A stretch of 64,000 bases of DNA from Ignavibacteria bacterium (GTDB taxonomy: Bacteria; Bacteroidota; Ignavibacteria; Ignavibacteriales; SURF-24): NCBI GenBank assembly GCA_025612245.1, contig JAAXKQ010000015.1:69362-133361 (forward strand), read 5' to 3'. The translations under genes and the position numbers were made by a program. Position 1 is the first letter of the stretch. Every line of letters begins with the position of its first letter. This document shows, one piece after another, positions 1 through 10,603 of this stretch. The notes below the pieces were generated by a model that had not been told where the DNA came from, searched no databases, and saw nothing but the letters and a program-made list of their open reading frames with translations.

Positions 1-345
1 ATAATTATCGAACGTCCTGATCGAAAATGGTATCCTGTGATCCGGCTCCCCGAAAAACTTCGTATTCAGGAAAAAAGGTCCGTAGACGATTACCGTCGCG
101 TCCGGCTTTGCAATCCTGTAAAGCTCGCTTATCGACTTGTTGAAATTGTACAAATGCTCCAAAACGTGTGAGGCAAAAATCTCGTCAAATGTATTATCCT
201 CAAAAGGATATGGGAACGTATTGATGTCGTGGATCATGTTGCCGCCGTAATCCACTATGTCCAGGTTAAGATACCCCTCTTTAATATCCTTTCCGCATCC
301 CAGGTTCAGTTTCATGTTAGCCTGATCTTCTATAGTTATTTGCAT
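1..345 (-). CDS. class I SAM-dependent methyltransferase, partial (C-terminus lies beyond the window start)
   Basis: Minus-strand translation from the ATG at 345 runs open to position 1: MQITIEDQANMKLNLGCGKDIKEGYLNLDIVDY... The LNLGCG glycine-rich SAM-binding motif and acidic-loop spacing are typical of Methyltransf_11/25. The six-frame track does not list it because it is edge-truncated. Confidence 0.55.
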   Translation of the reverse strand, partial: MQITIEDQANMKLNLGCGKDIKEGYLNLDIVDYGGNMIHDINTFPYPFEDNTFDEIFASHVLEHLYNFNKSISELYRIAKPDATVIVYGPFFLNTKFFGEPDHRIPFSIRTFDNY

Positions 346-529
346 ATAGTCCCCTTTATTAAAACATAGCCCGAAATCAAGGGAAAGTCAAAGCCACGGG
401 GTAACCGGGCTCACAATCCGGCATGGGAAAATGAGTTTAATTAAACTCTTTTCCTGCATAAGTTGTCTAAATATTAGATTCGATGAGATATGAAGTAAGT
501 TTAAGATTAAGATAAGAGATGAAAAGAGT

Positions 530-1843
530 ATGGCAAACAATAATAAAATTTCACGCAGGATAATTGTAGTCTCTGCGGTCTCACTCCTCATCATTGCCGC
601 AGTTTCCTATTACCTGTTTGCTTCCGGAAAAAACGACAAAAACAGCTACAAATTCGTTAAAATTGAAAAAGGTAGCATTGAGTCGCTGGTTTCCAGTACC
701 GGCGTCCTTAACCCCGTGGTAACCGTCCAGGTGGGCAGCCAGGTCTCTGGCACAATTGCCAGGATCTTTACCGATTTTAACCATAAGGTAAAAAAAGGGG
801 AGCTCATTGCCCTCATAGACACTACCTTCCTTTCGGCTTCTGTTCGCGACGCACAGAGCAGCCTCGATAAAGCACAGGCACAGTTTACTCAGGCCGGAAA
901 GGATCTTGAACGCATTAAGGTCATGGTCCAAAAAAATCTAGCCGCACAGACCGACCTTGAAACGGCAGAATATAATTACGCCGTAGCCAAAGCCGGGGTT
1001 AAATCCGCACAGGCAAGCCTCGACAGGGCAAAGATTAACCTCCGCTACGCCAAGATTACGGCCCCGATCAGCGGAACCGTAATCGCCAGGAATGTTGACG
1101 TAGGACAAACCGTGGCAGCAAGCCTCCAGGCGCCTACGCTCTTCCTCATTGCAAACGACCTCTCGCAAATGCAGATAATTGCAAACGTGGATGAAAGCGA
1201 CATAGGACAGATTAAAGTAGGCCAGAATGTAACCTTTACCGTGCAGGCCTACCCCGATAAAACCTTTGAAGGCCTGGTTCAGCAAATCCGCCTGCAGCCT
1301 ACAACAATACAGAACGTTGTAAATTATTCCGTCGTCATTAATGTCAGCAACAACGAGGGATACCTGATGCCCGGCATGACGGCTACAATCAATTTCCAGA
1401 TCGCTCATGCCGATAACGTCCTCAAAGTCCCCAACGCTGCACTCCGCATGAGGCCTACGCCTGAAATGATAGCCCAGGCAAAGTCCTCACCTGGCCGCAA
1501 CGCCGAGTCTAACAGGCGCGACTCTTCGGCTCAGGCTGGCAGCCAGAACCTTGCGACACAAAATACGGGCCCCCAGAACAAAAGCGGTCAGGCACTTTTC
1601 CAGGGACAAAGGAAGAATTCGGCACTCCTCTGGTTCATCGATGAACGGGGAAAGCTTCAGGCTCTCAGGGTCAGAACGGGGTTATCCGACGGACAGTTTA
1701 CCGAAGTCTCCTCGGATAAAATTCACGAGGGAATGGATGTGGTCTCAGGCATTGTTTCTTCCACAACGCAGACTTCACAACAGGGCACCCCATTCCAGCA
1801 AAACAGGTCCATGACCGGCGCAGGCAGAAGAGGAGGATTCTAA
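530..1843 (+). CDS. efflux transporter periplasmic adaptor subunit (HlyD/MacA/RND-MFP family)
   Basis: N-terminal TM anchor, coiled-coil hairpin region (QSSLDKAQAQF...AKINLRYAKI) and beta-barrel/lipoyl-like motifs typical of membrane fusion proteins. Sits immediately upstream of an FtsX-type permease with a 4-nt gap. Confidence 0.85.
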   Translation: MANNNKISRRIIVVSAVSLLIIAAVSYYLFASGKNDKNSYKFVKIEKGSIESLVSSTGVLNPVVTVQVGSQVSGTIARIFTDFNHKVKKGELIALIDTTFLSASVRDAQSSLDKAQAQFTQAGKDLERIKVMVQKNLAAQTDLETAEYNYAVAKAGVKSAQASLDRAKINLRYAKITAPISGTVIARNVDVGQTVAASLQAPTLFLIANDLSQMQIIANVDESDIGQIKVGQNVTFTVQAYPDKTFEGLVQQIRLQPTTIQNVVNYSVVINVSNNEGYLMPGMTATINFQIAHADNVLKVPNAALRMRPTPEMIAQAKSSPGRNAESNRRDSSAQAGSQNLATQNTGPQNKSGQALFQGQRKNSALLWFIDERGKLQALRVRTGLSDGQFTEVSSDKIHEGMDVVSGIVSSTTQTSQQGTPFQQNRSMTGAGRRGGF

Positions 1844-1846
1844 AAA

Positions 1847-3064
1847 ATGAAATGGAATGATTTTATACTGGTGGCAATTGGCTCTATTCTTAAGAACAAA
1901 ATGCGCAGCCTTTTAACTATCCTTGGCATCATCATCGGCGTTGCAGCCGTCATAGTTATGGTTGCAATTGGCCAGGGCGCTCAGGCAAGGGTGGAAGACC
2001 AGATTGCCGGACTTGGCACTAACCTTATAATTGTTTTCCCTGGCTCTGTCCGCCAGGGCGGAGTCAGTATGGGCGGCGGTTCCAATACACGCCTTACTCT
2101 CGATGACGTCGATAAGCTTAAGGCAAACACTACTCTACTTGCCGGCGTCTCCCCTATCATAAGGGCCGCGGGACAGGTAATCGGCGGCATTGGAAACTGG
2201 AATACTGTCACCATGGGCGTTTCGGCCGATTACCCGGATATCAGGCAGTGGAACGTCTCCTCGGGCGACTTCTTTACCATAAATGATGTGAAAACAAACG
2301 CCAAGGTTTGCCTTATCGGCCAGACTATTGCACAAAACCTGTTCCCCGACCAGGATCCTATTGGACAGGAGATCAGGGTGCGCGAGGTCCCTTTTAAGAT
2401 CATCGGCCTTATGGCGCAAAAAGGACAAAACGCCATGGGGCAGGATCAGGACGACATCATTCTGGCTCCTTATACCACGGTGCAGAACCGCCTGAGCGGA
2501 TTTAAGAACATCCAGCAGATCCTCTGCAGCGCCGTTTCACCCGACGCTATGAATGAAGCCCAGCAGGAAATTACCTCCACCTTGAGAGAGGCTCACAGAA
2601 TCCAGCCGGGCGAGGATGATGACTTTACGGTCCGGAACCAGACAGATATTGCCAGTACGGCACAGGAGACTACACGCGTCCTTACAATCCTTTTGGCCTC
2701 AATTGCCAGCGTCTCAATGATCGTCGGAGGCATTGGAATTATGAATATTATGCTCGTCTCTGTCACCGAAAGAACGCGCGAAATCGGAATCAGGCGCGCT
2801 ATTGGCGCCAGGGGAAACGACATCCTAACACAATTCCTCTTTGAAGCCGTGGTGCTGAGCCTTGCAGGCGGAATCCTTGGCGTACTCTTCGGCTTTATTG
2901 CCACCCGGATTGTAAGCTTCTTCAGCGGATGGGCTACCGTAATTTCTCCCTTTACCGTCTTTATGTCCTTCGGCTTTGCAGGACTCGTTGGCATCTTCTT
3001 CGGCTTCTATCCTGCTCGCAAGGCTTCGGGCCTCGTTATTATTGACGCCCTCAGATACGACTAG
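1847..3064 (+). CDS. ABC transporter permease, FtsX/MacB-like (no fused ATPase domain)
   Basis: 405 aa. N-terminal TM, a large periplasmic domain and a C-terminal 3-TM FtsX fold (ERTREIGIRRAIGARGNDILTQFLFEA...). Architecture matches the MacB permease half. No ATPase gene is adjacent. Confidence 0.85.
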   Translation: MKWNDFILVAIGSILKNKMRSLLTILGIIIGVAAVIVMVAIGQGAQARVEDQIAGLGTNLIIVFPGSVRQGGVSMGGGSNTRLTLDDVDKLKANTTLLAGVSPIIRAAGQVIGGIGNWNTVTMGVSADYPDIRQWNVSSGDFFTINDVKTNAKVCLIGQTIAQNLFPDQDPIGQEIRVREVPFKIIGLMAQKGQNAMGQDQDDIILAPYTTVQNRLSGFKNIQQILCSAVSPDAMNEAQQEITSTLREAHRIQPGEDDDFTVRNQTDIASTAQETTRVLTILLASIASVSMIVGGIGIMNIMLVSVTERTREIGIRRAIGARGNDILTQFLFEAVVLSLAGGILGVLFGFIATRIVSFFSGWATVISPFTVFMSFGFAGLVGIFFGFYPARKASGLVIIDALRYD

Positions 3065-3176
3065 CTTTCACCGCCTTTTTCCTGAGGCATTTTTTTGTCT
3101 GCCCCATGTGGTTTTTATGTTATTTTCTGACTATGTTTTATGTCAAAATTAAGCATAAAATTCACCGGGGCAGATA

Positions 3177-4751
3177 ATGAAAAGGCTTTCTTATTACCTA
3201 CTATTCATTCCCATGGTTTTCTTTGGCTGCGGTTCTTCTGGCTCCTCGGGGAAAAATGGCATTGACCTTATTACCTCCGAACTGATGAAAAAACATATTT
3301 CCTTCCTTGCTTCCGATTCGCTGAAGGGAAGGAAAACTCCAGGTGAGGACCTTGATAAAGCCGCCCGCTATATCGCTGAGGAGTTTAAGAGCCTGGGACT
3401 AAGCCCCGTCAATGGAAGCTATTTTCAGACTGTACGCCTGGGGACAATTGACCTCGGGAAGGATAACCGGCTTATAATAAAAAGAAATGGGGCGGATCAT
3501 GCCTTCAGCATAAAAACTGAATTTACCCCGCTTGAGATGACCGGCAGTATGGAAGTCACCTCAGCCATAGTTTTCGCCGGCTACGGCATTACTGCGCCGG
3601 AACTTAAGTACGACGACTATAACGGCCTCGACGTCCAGGGAAAGGTTGTCTTCATCTTACGCCATTGCCCTCGCGAGAACGACCCCGCCTCCGGATTTTC
3701 TTCCGAAAGCGCACTCAAGTATAGCCGGGTAAATACAAAGGTCGATAACGCAATCAAACACGGCGCCAAAGGGATCATTCTTGCAACCGACCCCCTGAAC
3801 CATTCCCTTTTAAGCCCGAGGGGCTTCCCTTGGCCCTCGCTTTCATCTTTTATTCCCAGGGACGCACTTCCTACAACTCTCCTTACCGATGAAAAGGATA
3901 AGATCCCTGTCGTGCAGGCGGGAAGCGAAGTGGTAACGGAACTCTTCGGCTCCGTGGAAAACCTGAAAAGCCTGGAAAGTAAAATTGATTCGGAATTAAA
4001 GCCGGTTTCTTTTGAACTCGAAGGACTTTCAGTCCTGCTCAAAACAACGACCGAGGTAACCGAGACCCCCGCTTTTAACGTTGTTGGCTATCTCCAAGGC
4101 TCCGATCCCGCCTTAAAGGATGAACTGGTAATAGTTGGCGCCCATTACGACCACGTCGGCTTCAGGAAAGAACACTCTCCGGGCGAAGATTATATCTATA
4201 ATGGCGCCGACGATAATGCTTCCGGCACCAGCGGCGTACTGGCCCTTGCCAGGGCATTTGCCTCACTGGAGGCCAGACCCAAAAGAAGCCTCCTTTTTAT
4301 TACCTTTGCCGGCGAGGAGCTCGGACTTCTGGGCTCAAGGGCTTACACAGACTCTCCACTTTTCCCCCTTGAGAAAACTGAGGCCATGCTGAACATGGAT
4401 ATGATCGGGCGCAACAACCCGGACTCGCTTTATATTATTGGAGCTTCAGTCTGCCCCGAGCTAAATGAGCTGAATAAGGAGGAAAACAGGAAAATCGGCT
4501 TTAAGCTCGGCTACAGCCTCGATAAATTCCTCGAGGCTAGCGACCATGCTTCCTTTATGCATAAGGGTGTCCCCGTTTTGTTTTATAATACGGGCGAGAC
4601 TAAGGACTACCACCACGTTAGCGACGAAACTTCTACAATTGACATGGAAAAGGCAGCCAGGGTATCTCGACTTGTCTTTCTGACAACCCTCAGGATTGCC
4701 GGGGACAGTAAATTCGACAGATCTTTTTATAAACCAATTTCACATAAATAA
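3177..4751 (+). CDS. M28 family zinc aminopeptidase with PA domain, lipoprotein
   Basis: Lipobox FFGCGSS. Zn-ligand motifs HYDHVG, NGADDNASG, EELGLLGS and HHVSDE, as in M28 peptidases. Confidence 0.85.
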   Translation: MKRLSYYLLFIPMVFFGCGSSGSSGKNGIDLITSELMKKHISFLASDSLKGRKTPGEDLDKAARYIAEEFKSLGLSPVNGSYFQTVRLGTIDLGKDNRLIIKRNGADHAFSIKTEFTPLEMTGSMEVTSAIVFAGYGITAPELKYDDYNGLDVQGKVVFILRHCPRENDPASGFSSESALKYSRVNTKVDNAIKHGAKGIILATDPLNHSLLSPRGFPWPSLSSFIPRDALPTTLLTDEKDKIPVVQAGSEVVTELFGSVENLKSLESKIDSELKPVSFELEGLSVLLKTTTEVTETPAFNVVGYLQGSDPALKDELVIVGAHYDHVGFRKEHSPGEDYIYNGADDNASGTSGVLALARAFASLEARPKRSLLFITFAGEELGLLGSRAYTDSPLFPLEKTEAMLNMDMIGRNNPDSLYIIGASVCPELNELNKEENRKIGFKLGYSLDKFLEASDHASFMHKGVPVLFYNTGETKDYHHVSDETSTIDMEKAARVSRLVFLTTLRIAGDSKFDRSFYKPISHK

Positions 4752-4765
4752 CAGGAGAGACCATT

Positions 4766-5605
4766 ATGAAGAAGGCCCTGCCTCTGATTTTATCCGCGCT
4801 TTTTGTTTTTTCTCTGCTCTCGGTAAACCTGAACGCCCAGGAGAGCTACAAACTTAAATATAACTTCCAAAAGGGTAAAACCTATAGTTTCCTGAGCACA
4901 ATGGACGGCAACTTTACTCAGGAGGCCATGGGCACTGAAATGAAAATGAGCGTCAACGGCAACTTTAGCGTAAGCATGAAAGTAGATGACGTTAAAGACG
5001 GCAAAGCCGAACTGATTACCGCTCTCGATTCCGGGAGGATTTCCACCAAAAACCCGATGAAAGACACTACCTTGTCACTTGCCCCTTTTGCAGGCAAAAG
5101 GATCAAACTCACCATGCTCGAAGACGGGACAATTGAACAAACCAGCATCATAGATTCAATAAAGTTTTTCAATGTTACGGGACTTTCACAGAATAACCTG
5201 ATCCGCTTCATTAAGCTCCCTAAAGGGGAGGTAAAACCTGGCGTTCCATGGAACATGGTATCAAACGATACAGTTGAAATGATGGGCGCCGGAAAAATGA
5301 CCAATACCATCAACTCTACCTATACCATCGTTGGAAAAGAAAAGGTCCGGGGACACGAATGCCTTAAGGTTACCTATACGGGCGACGTAAAGAACAGCGG
5401 ACAGACTCAGGTGATGGGTATGAACCTGGTAATCGAGGGAACAGGCAAGATATCGGGCAGCCTGTACTTCGATCCTGTAATGGGTATGGCAATTAAAAAC
5501 GACGGCAGCATGGATAACGAAATGACCATGGCCGCTACGGGCCAGCAGAACATGATTATGCCTATTACACAATCTGTAAAGACTTCCATCTCCCTGGTCG
5601 AGTAA
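4766..5605 (+). CDS. secreted hypothetical protein (signal peptide; possibly DUF6263-like)
   Basis: Cleavable signal peptide (LSVNLNAQE), good RBS AGGAGAG, no recognisable catalytic motif. Beta-rich composition. Confidence 0.5.
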   Translation: MKKALPLILSALFVFSLLSVNLNAQESYKLKYNFQKGKTYSFLSTMDGNFTQEAMGTEMKMSVNGNFSVSMKVDDVKDGKAELITALDSGRISTKNPMKDTTLSLAPFAGKRIKLTMLEDGTIEQTSIIDSIKFFNVTGLSQNNLIRFIKLPKGEVKPGVPWNMVSNDTVEMMGAGKMTNTINSTYTIVGKEKVRGHECLKVTYTGDVKNSGQTQVMGMNLVIEGTGKISGSLYFDPVMGMAIKNDGSMDNEMTMAATGQQNMIMPITQSVKTSISLVE

Positions 5606-5649
5606 ACCTGGGAAACTTTTTTCACCCGGAAAGGACCTATTTAAAAAGC

Positions 5650-5686
5650 GAAAAACCTGCTTTTATAGCAGGTTTTCTTTTTTTTC
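5650..5686. terminator. bidirectional rho-independent terminator between convergent genes
   Basis: aaaaacctgcttttatagcaggttttctttttttt: 8-bp stem, 5-nt loop, flanked by an A-run and a T-run. Confidence 0.6.
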
Positions 5687-5700
5687 TTTAAGTTTCAGCT

Positions 5701-6207
5701 TTAGTTCAGAGCCAGCAGGGGTTTATTTTCATCGGCTAAAGCAATTTCTTCTACTTTCAGCTTTAAGACCCCGGGCTTTATGATTCCCAGAGCTAGTGCA
5801 GCACCCCTGGATAGGTCGAGCTGCCTGCCGCTGATATAAGGACCTCTGTCGTTGATCCTTACTATGACAGATTTCGCGTTCTTTGGATTTGTAAGTTTTA
5901 AAAGCGTCCCGAACTTGAAGTACTTGTGGGCGGCAGTAAAAGCCATCTGGTTATACACTTCGCCATTGGCTGTCATTTTGCCATGAAATCTTGGTCCGTA
6001 CCAGGAGGCGGTCATTCTGCCTTTGTCTAAGAACTGAATAAAAGAACTCTCTTGCTTTACAGCATTTTCGCTTTGCGTATTGTTACTTAATTCTTTTATT
6101 CCAGCACTTTGACCGGTCTTGTTGTCGCCTAGCTCCTTGTGTATAATGGTAAATCCGACCAGTAGCAACATGGCAAACATTACTAGTGCTTTTGTTATTG
6201 ATGTCAA
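5701..6207 (-). CDS. rlpA: septal ring lytic transglycosylase RlpA family (DPBB domain) protein
   Basis: WYGPRFHGKMTANGEVYNQMAFTAAHKYFKFGTLLKLTNPKNAKSVIVRINDRGPYISGRQLDLSRGAA is the canonical RlpA double-psi beta-barrel signature. Confidence 0.85.
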   Translation of the reverse strand: MTSITKALVMFAMLLLVGFTIIHKELGDNKTGQSAGIKELSNNTQSENAVKQESSFIQFLDKGRMTASWYGPRFHGKMTANGEVYNQMAFTAAHKYFKFGTLLKLTNPKNAKSVIVRINDRGPYISGRQLDLSRGAALALGIIKPGVLKLKVEEIALADENKPLLALN

Positions 6208-6635
6208 ATATACCTCTCATTTCTGTTAATTAAATATCATCTACTATAAATTAACGGCATTTGCATTCTTATTACAATAATTTAGTACCCACCGAAGGGG
6301 GCGTAAAAGGCTATTCGAATCCTCGACTATATGCCTATAGATATTCGGGTTTCATGAAATTTTTCAAAATTTTTAATTTTTTTGTACTTCTTTTTAGATT
6401 TATTTTTCATATTATTAAATTAAGCACATTTATAAATCTCTCCGCTCCCCGGGGCTAAGGCAAAACTTTGTGGCCTGCCCTGTCTGACCCTCCTTCTTTT
6501 TCTTTCCCGGTCAGTTATCACTTTATCCTATCTATATTATATATGAAGTTAAATTGAGCAATTAGAGTAATGTATCTTTGCTTTATTTTCCTTAAATTGT
6601 CACGCAGTAAAAAACATTTTATTCACGGAGAATTG

Positions 6636-8093
6636 ATGGATAGGAAAATCACAGCCTTCATCCCATACAGCGGTAATGACTATACCAGGAAGACAGTCAG
6701 TGAACTGGTAAACTCAGGACTGGTGGACAAGTGCTATTTAATTGCAACCTCAGAAGTTGGAAATAACATTGAGGGATGCGAAATCATCAAAGTTGAGTCC
6801 CTTTTCAGCAGCGAGACCATCTCACAGCTCAAAGAGAAATCAAATGCCGATTATACTTTATTTATAACACAGGATAACCTGATAGAATTCGGACAGTTCG
6901 GAATTGAAAGATTCCTTCACGTTGCCGAAGACACCGGGGCAGGACTTGTCTATTCAGATTATTATGAAGTTAAGGAAGGAAAAAGGTCAGCTCTTCCTGT
7001 AATAGATTACCAGGTTGGCAGCATCAGAGACGATTTTAATTTCGGTTATGTCTATTTCTTCAGCACAAAGGCCCTTAAAGAAGTAGCCGGCGAAGAAAAA
7101 TACAAGTTTGCCGGACTTTATGACCTCAGGCTTAAAATTTCGCAGAAATATGCATTTCTACGCGTACCGGAATTCCTTTATGCAACCATTGAAACTGACG
7201 TCCGCAAAACCGGCGAAAAACAGTTCGACTACGTTAACCCTAGAAACCGCAGCGTCCAGATTGAAATGGAAATTGCAGCTACTGAACACCTTAAGAAAGT
7301 AAAGGCTTACCTTAAGCCGGAATTCAAGGAAATCGACCTTACGGCCGGCAATTTCGAGTTTGAAGCCTCGGTTATCATCCCCGTCAGAAACAGGGTCAAA
7401 ACCATTGGCGACGCCGTAGAGTCCGTTCTGAAACAGAAAACCGACTTCCCGTTCAACCTTATCGTGGTCGATAACCATTCGACCGACGGCACATCCGATG
7501 TCCTTCAAAAAGCCGCCGCCAAAAACAGCAAGCTCATCCACGTTGTCCCTGAAAGAGACGACCTCGGTATTGGCGGATGCTGGAACCTGGGCGTCCATCA
7601 CGAAAAATGCGGCCGCTTTGCCATTCAGCTCGATAGCGACGACATGTACAAGGATGAAACTACGGTCCAGAAAGTCGTCGATAAGTTCAGGGAAGAAAAG
7701 TGCGCCATGGTTATCGGTAGCTACCAGATGACAAACTTTAAGCTCGAAGAGATCCCTCCTGGAATTATTGACCATAAGGAGTGGACACCCGATAACGGAC
7801 GCAACAATGCACTCAGAATTAACGGCCTCGGCGCCCCGCGCGCTTTCTATACCCCGCTTCTCAGGGAAATTAAACTCCCTAACGTAAGCTACGGCGAGGA
7901 TTACGCCCTCGGACTTGCAATTTCCAGGGAATACCAGATCGGCAGGATCTACGAGCCGATTTACCTCTGCCGCAGATGGGAAGGCAACTCAGATGCCGCT
8001 CTGGACATCAATAAGGCTAATACTTATAACGTATATAAAGACAGAATCAGAACCATTGAACTTTTAGCACGTCAGAGAAAAAATTCCTTATGA
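6636..8093 (+). CDS. two-domain glycosyltransferase: N-terminal domain of unknown function plus C-terminal family 2 glycosyltransferase
   Basis: C-terminal half has GT2 motifs (IIPVRNR..., [16 protein letters not shown] = DxD). Start chosen at ATG 6636 with GGAGA RBS; the track ORF starts upstream at 6570. Confidence 0.8.
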   Translation: MDRKITAFIPYSGNDYTRKTVSELVNSGLVDKCYLIATSEVGNNIEGCEIIKVESLFSSETISQLKEKSNADYTLFITQDNLIEFGQFGIERFLHVAEDTGAGLVYSDYYEVKEGKRSALPVIDYQVGSIRDDFNFGYVYFFSTKALKEVAGEEKYKFAGLYDLRLKISQKYAFLRVPEFLYATIETDVRKTGEKQFDYVNPRNRSVQIEMEIAATEHLKKVKAYLKPEFKEIDLTAGNFEFEASVIIPVRNRVKTIGDAVESVLKQKTDFPFNLIVVDNHSTDGTSDVLQKAAAKNSKLIHVVPERDDLGIGGCWNLGVHHEKCGRFAIQLDSDDMYKDETTVQKVVDKFREEKCAMVIGSYQMTNFKLEEIPPGIIDHKEWTPDNGRNNALRINGLGAPRAFYTPLLREIKLPNVSYGEDYALGLAISREYQIGRIYEPIYLCRRWEGNSDAALDINKANTYNVYKDRIRTIELLARQRKNSL

Positions 8094-9103
8094 GAGATAC
8101 TACTATAATTAAAGATATAGAATTACAACCATATATTTCATCAGATGATCTGGCAGGCAAAGCGAAAGCTTTGCTTGCCCAGCAAAAAGGCAGCTGGGAA
8201 CTGCTCAGCAAGGGCTACAAAAGCCTGGAGAGCATTGAGGTTAAAAATTTTGAGTTCGAACATTTCAAAATAAAGGTCCAGTTCAACCCCGGAAGAATCG
8301 TTTCTTCTTCTGCAAAAGTCGACCCTAAGTCGATTAAGGAGAGAAAATGCTTCCTTTGCCCCGATAACCTCCCGGGCGACCAGAAAGGAATCCTTTATAA
8401 GGATGACTACATCTTGCTCTGCAACCCGTTCCCTATTTTCAACGAGCATTTTACAATTCCCAAAACAGGCCATGTGCCCCAGGAAATAAAAAGCTCGCTG
8501 CCAGCCATGCTGGAGCTGAGCAGGGATTTAAGCCGTTACTACACCGTTTTCTATAACGGCCCTAAGTGCGGCGCTTCGGCACCCGACCACCTTCACTTCC
8601 AGGCTGGCGACAAGGGCTTCATGCCAATCGACAGCGAATACTGCGGAATAAGGGAAAGTCTTGGCCGTAAGATCATTAGCTGCAACGACTTACAGGTCTT
8701 TGCAATTGACAGATACCTTGGTAAATTCTTCTCATTTGAGTCTTCAGACAGCGAAGCCATCGTAAAAGCCTTCAACAGCTTTTATAACATCTTCAGCGCC
8801 ACTTCCCCCAACACAGGCGAAGAGCCGATGATGAACATCCTTTCGTTTTATGAAGACGCAAAGTGGCATGTGCTCGTATTCCCAAGGGCAAAACACCGCC
8901 CGAGCTACTTCTTCATGGAAGGAGACGACAATATTCTCTTAAGCCCGGCTTCAGTGGATATGGGAGGCGTGCTCATTACCCCGCTTGAAAAGGATTTTAA
9001 CAAGATCACAAGAGAAAATATAGTTGATATATTCAGACAGGTAACACTTCAGGATGAAACCTTCGGCACTATTGCTGAAAAGCTTGCCAGGCTCTATTCC
9101 TAG
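8090..9103 (+). CDS. DUF4922-like / GalT-HIT superfamily nucleotidyltransferase-phosphorylase (GDP-hexose phosphorylase-like)
   Basis: HLHFQ histidine motif (HxHxQ of GalT/Ap4A-phosphorylase-type HIT proteins), [15 protein letters not shown]. Its ATG overlaps the GT2 stop (ATGA), implying translational coupling. Confidence 0.55.
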   Translation: MRDTTIIKDIELQPYISSDDLAGKAKALLAQQKGSWELLSKGYKSLESIEVKNFEFEHFKIKVQFNPGRIVSSSAKVDPKSIKERKCFLCPDNLPGDQKGILYKDDYILLCNPFPIFNEHFTIPKTGHVPQEIKSSLPAMLELSRDLSRYYTVFYNGPKCGASAPDHLHFQAGDKGFMPIDSEYCGIRESLGRKIISCNDLQVFAIDRYLGKFFSFESSDSEAIVKAFNSFYNIFSATSPNTGEEPMMNILSFYEDAKWHVLVFPRAKHRPSYFFMEGDDNILLSPASVDMGGVLITPLEKDFNKITRENIVDIFRQVTLQDETFGTIAEKLARLYS

Positions 9104-9115
9104 TTAATACAATTT

Positions 9116-9146
9116 AGAGAGGCTTTGTGAACCCAAAGCCTCTCTT
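9116..9146. terminator. bidirectional hairpin terminator between convergent genes
   Basis: agagaggcttt-gtgaaccc-aaagcctctct: 11-bp perfect stem. Confidence 0.5.
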
Positions 9147-9190
9147 TAGCTCAAAATTCCACCTTAGCCGGGTCCACGGCATAACTCCCT

Positions 9191-10576
9191 TTACTGCTCC
9201 TCATAGGAGATGTTATACTTTTCCATAAACCTGTAGACCGTGGCCCTCCCGATCTCAAGTTTTTTTGCCGCCTCTACAATGTTTCCGTTTGTAACCTTGA
9301 GCGCGTGCCTTATGGCCTCTTCCTTCAGCTTGTCAAAAGAAATGATCTGACTCTCGTCACCAAAAAGAGGTCCTGCAAAAGAAAGTGGCGAACTGTTCTC
9401 CGTAGCCCTGACGTTCTGCGGCAGGTCGTTTAAGTCCATGAGATCGGTTTCAGAAAGGATAATGCACCTTTCAATTGTATTTTCCAGCTCCCTGACGTTC
9501 CCGGGCCAGCTGTAGTCGTAGAGAAGCCTGAGCGCGCGCCTGGTAAAGCCTTTGCTGCTTCTTCCGAGCTTTTCATTGAAGGTTTTGACAAAGTGGTCAA
9601 TTAAAGTGAGTATGTCACTCCTTCTTTCCCTTAAAGGTGGAATGATTATGGGGAAAGAATTCAGCCTGTAGAAAAGGTCTTCCCTGAACTCCCTTTTTTC
9701 AACCGCTGCCTTAAGGTCTACGTTTGTAGCCGATATGATCCTAACGTCGGTCTTTATTACCTCCGTACCCCCTACGCGTTCAAGTTCCTTCTGCTGAATA
9801 ACCCTCAGTATCTTTGCCTGAAGCGACATCTGCATTTCGCCTATCTCATCCAGAAATATCGTGCCTTCACTTGCCATTTCAAACTTTCCGATCTTCCTCT
9901 GATAGGCACCCGTAAAAGAGCCCTTTTCGTGCCCGAAAAGCTCGCTTTCCAAAAGTTCGCGCGGAATTGAGGCGCAATTAACCACAACAAAAGGCTTGTC
10001 CTTTCTTATGCCGTTATAATGAATTGCCCTTGCAATGAGCTCCTTTCCTGTACCGCTTTCGCCGTGTATGAGTACTGTAATGTCGTTATCCAGCACTTTG
10101 GAGACCATCTTAAAGACGTCCTGCATCTTGCTGTCGGAAGAGATGATATTGTCGAAACTGTACTGCTTCTTTACATCTTCCTTCAAAATCGTGAGCTCTT
10201 TTTGCAGGTCGTGGTTCCGGATTGCATTTTTGACTGCCGGCTCAAGGCGCTGTGTATCTATCGGTTTCGGGAAATAGTCGAACGCCCCTAGGCGCAGTGC
10301 CTCAACGGCAACCTCAATGCTTCCCTGGGCCGAAAGCATTATAATGGGTATGTCTTCATTGAACTGCTTTACCCTTTTAAGAATCTCAATGCCGTCGATA
10401 TCCGGCAGCATAATGTCCAGCAGAATGAGATCCGGACATACTGCAGAAAGCCTCCTGAACATTTCCTGCCCATTTTCAAAGACTTCAACCTTGTATTTCC
10501 ATTTATCCCTGACCCAGTATGTCAGCAGCTTGGAGATTGCCTTTTCGTCGTCAACAATAAAAACCAGTTTTTCCAA
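9191..10576 (-). CDS. sigma-54-dependent response regulator (NtrC family: REC + AAA+ + Fis HTH)
   Basis: REC domain with phosphoacceptor Asp (LILLDIMLPDIDG). AAA+ sigma-54 activator motifs GESGTGKE and GAFTGA (as ESELFGHEKGSFTGA). C-terminal HTH. Confidence 0.9.
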   Translation of the reverse strand: MEKLVFIVDDEKAISKLLTYWVRDKWKYKVEVFENGQEMFRRLSAVCPDLILLDIMLPDIDGIEILKRVKQFNEDIPIIMLSAQGSIEVAVEALRLGAFDYFPKPIDTQRLEPAVKNAIRNHDLQKELTILKEDVKKQYSFDNIISSDSKMQDVFKMVSKVLDNDITVLIHGESGTGKELIARAIHYNGIRKDKPFVVVNCASIPRELLESELFGHEKGSFTGAYQRKIGKFEMASEGTIFLDEIGEMQMSLQAKILRVIQQKELERVGGTEVIKTDVRIISATNVDLKAAVEKREFREDLFYRLNSFPIIIPPLRERRSDILTLIDHFVKTFNEKLGRSSKGFTRRALRLLYDYSWPGNVRELENTIERCIILSETDLMDLNDLPQNVRATENSSPLSFAGPLFGDESQIISFDKLKEEAIRHALKVTNGNIVEAAKKLEIGRATVYRFMEKYNISYEEQ

Positions 10577-10603
10577 TTTTTCCTCGGTTAATTACCCAAT
10601 CGT

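Noticed and set aside
1551-1814. 87-aa ORF overlapping the adaptor gene in another frame
   Set aside because: Fully embedded in the well-supported adaptor CDS, with Arg-rich shadow-frame composition.
6261-6458. 65-aa ORF in the rlpA/GT2 intergenic region
   Set aside because: AT-rich, low-complexity translation (FFVLLFRFIFHIIKL) in a divergent promoter region, so probably non-coding.
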